Of a stretch of DNA of 64,000 nucleotides, positions 62,201-64,000 are shown piece after piece. The notes beneath the pieces are model-generated. The model worked only from the letters and a program-made list of their open reading frames with translations. It did not search any database and was not told where the DNA came from. Position 1 is the first letter of the stretch. Every line of letters starts with the position of its first letter. Source of the DNA: Pocillopora damicornis. Taxonomy: Eukaryota. The stretch covers positions 186,001 through 250,000 of the forward strand of contig NW_020846635.1 of assembly GCF_003704095.1 (NCBI RefSeq), read 5' to 3'. The position numbers and the translations under genes were made by a program.

Positions 62201-63826
62201 TTGAGTAAGTATATGTTTTTAGTTATTTAATCCTTTAAACCCTGCAAGGGACCAGCTTCTAATATCTTCTTACAGTAATACTAATGAACCATTTGTTATG
62301 ATCAGAAAAATTGAGAAAATGATGGCCATTCTAAGAAACTTTGATCATTAGGCAAATTCTCCTTTTCAGTCCTAAAGGAAATGTATAGAGAAGAGTTTGG
62401 AGAATGTGGATACTGAATGTTGTGGTGTAATGAGTTTATAGATCTTGATTATGTTTTTACTTTGTTTGTATCTTGTAATGTATTAGGTTATCGTATAGTT
62501 GGTCTTGATGCCTGTTACACTGATCATAAGGGCAAGGTTGCTCTTAAGGCTGAGAGATGTGCAGATATTATCATTCCTGAGTCACCAGATCCTGTTTTGA
62601 CAAGCTGTGGAGTTGTACTGCTTTATCAAGATCCAGAATCAAGGTTACAGTCATTTGAGGTTCTTTTCTAATAAGTGAAAATCTGCGAGTAGCACCTGCA
62701 CCTTATGGGTTAATTCTGATTTTGAAAACTTCCATCCTTAACTAAACTGGTTTTTGATATACATGCAGTTTACTTCAAGTGCTCCTAAAGCGGTATCTTT
62801 CCAGCCAAGCATTTGTCAATGTGGCTGCAGCATTAGCACAGTACTTTCGTCGCAAGGTTTCTGGTCGTCCTGTATCACTGGATATTCCAAGCCTGACAGA
62901 ACACATTTGTGAATGGATGTTGGAAGAAGTTCAAAATATTGCAGGAATGCATGAAGAAGCTCTTCATCAGCTGTTTTCTCACATGTGGAAGTTCAACAAG
63001 AGATGGTGTTCTGTGTTAAGTACCCCTCTCCCTCATGATCTTGAATCACTGAAGGTACAAAGTACTACAGAATAATGTAGACAGGATATTGTAAATGCTC
63101 TAAGAAACCTCCTGGGGCCCTCCAAAGTTGACTATTGGGGCTCTTAAATTATGGAGGAGGGTTATACAAGAGGGAGCTGATTGGATGGCTAGGCTATAGA
63201 AAGGGGTACTCATCATAGGGCTCATTATAAAGGAGGGCCAGCTCATTGGAAAGTAGGACCCACTAAGCAGGGAGCTTATTGGAGAGTAGAGCTTATTGGA
63301 GGGCAGGGTGTATTAGAGAGCGGATGATAGTAGGGCTCAGAGATGGGGGCTTATCAGAGAGAGGGCTTTTCCATGGGTCTGTTGTATTTCTTCTCTTCTC
63401 TTCTCTTCATTACTTACAAATGTGTATGGCTACTTTGGAATTAATGATAAATTGTGAAACAGTTTTGGCAGTTGCCAGATTGTAGACAGCTGCAAGCATT
63501 GCACTTTAATTTACACATAAGTTGGTTTTCTTATCTGCCTTCAAATTAGCTGGCAAATATCTGAAGGTAAATAAAAAAAAATGATAATGGTCGTTGATAA
63601 ATCTACCTTAACTTAAGTACATGTACCTTCCTGATGAAAGACAAGAAGTGTAAAAATAAATCTTTAAAAATAAATATGATTGTTACTGATGAAGGTTTTT
63701 TCACCAAGGCTAAGGCTTTAGATGAACTTGCGCATAGACAAGCAAGTGATGTTCAGTACTCAGAGGATTATTACCATCCTTGGAGTCTTCCCAAAGGAAA
63801 CTTCAAACATCGCATGCTTTCAACAG
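59227..63826 (+). CDS. Multi-domain RNA-binding protein: 3 dsRBD + OB-fold + N-terminal part of a Nudix hydrolase (decapping-enzyme-like); probably continues beyond the window
   Basis: Exons 59227-60058, 60866-61118, 61685-61965, 62487-62643, 62769-63054 and 63709-63826 join in phase (642 codons). dsRBDs: NYKGLLQIHCQK..LPHY...NKKQAEQNAAKIAL; SFKNIIQEKAQK..LPQY...NKKQAQQSAASVAI; SYKNLFQENCQQ..PPIY...NKKQAQQMAAREAL. Later segments are VVGDSQSSFILY...LLEPGYRIVGLDACYTDHKGKVALKAE, then TSCGVVLL...QVLLKRYLSSQAF..., then HPWSLPKG. The donors at 62644 and 63827 are weak. Confidence 0.8.
63088..63375. repeat. G-rich intronic MITE-like repeat with GGGCTTATT-type units
   Basis: Repeated ggggctc/gggagcttatt/gagcttatt/gggggcttat motifs. 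Confidence 0.45.
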
Positions 63827-64000
63827 GTTGGCATCAACTTTTTGGAATCTTACATTATTTTAAAGAATGGACTTCCTGTAGGGATGGGGGTTATTCCATT
63901 TGAAAAAAAATTGTGCTTAATAGGAGTTTCTAGAATAAAATTCCTTTAAACCACATCATCTTTGGGTAGGTAAAAACAACAGCAGTAAAAACAGACACCA

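Noticed and set aside
59227-63826. Assignment of the dsRBD gene to ADAR, PKR, Staufen, Dicer, DHX9 or TRBP/PACT
   Set aside because: No deaminase, kinase, RNase III or helicase motifs follow the dsRBDs within the window; the downstream sequence instead fits an OB fold plus Nudix.

Overview
This is animal genomic DNA: AT-rich, with spliceosomal introns and seven N-gaps. The repeat families and gene content suggest an anthozoan, probably a scleractinian coral (inference). I rebuilt gene models by hand from splice sites and reading-frame phase. (1) The 3' catalytic exons of cytosolic carboxypeptidase 1 (AGTPBP1/CCP1, +, 1178-4644). (2) A six-exon minus-strand gene (25526-13452, ~1565 aa) joining a CIDE-N domain to a huge, repetitive, charged disordered tail. 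Its first intron holds a decayed Helitron-like element with a 2A-like peptide and an OTU domain. (3) A nest of DNA-transposon relics at 28.8-31.1 kb: a SAP-SWIM ORF interrupted by PIF/Harbinger-group transposase copies. (4) Intronless GAS1 (+, 31447-32229). (5) ULK3 (-, 58172-41108), with a GC-AG intron and a remote CaaX-encoding last exon. (6) Head-to-head with ULK3, an intronless 131-aa ORF resembling bacterial hypothetical proteins. (7) A multi-exon gene (59227->63826, apparently running off the window) encoding three dsRNA-binding domains, an SSB-like OB fold and the start of a Nudix hydrolase resembling large-DNA-virus mRNA-decapping enzymes. Gene 7 is the best candidate for an undescribed system: a dsRNA-targeted decapping or RNA-defence enzyme. 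All domain calls come from motif recognition, not database searches.
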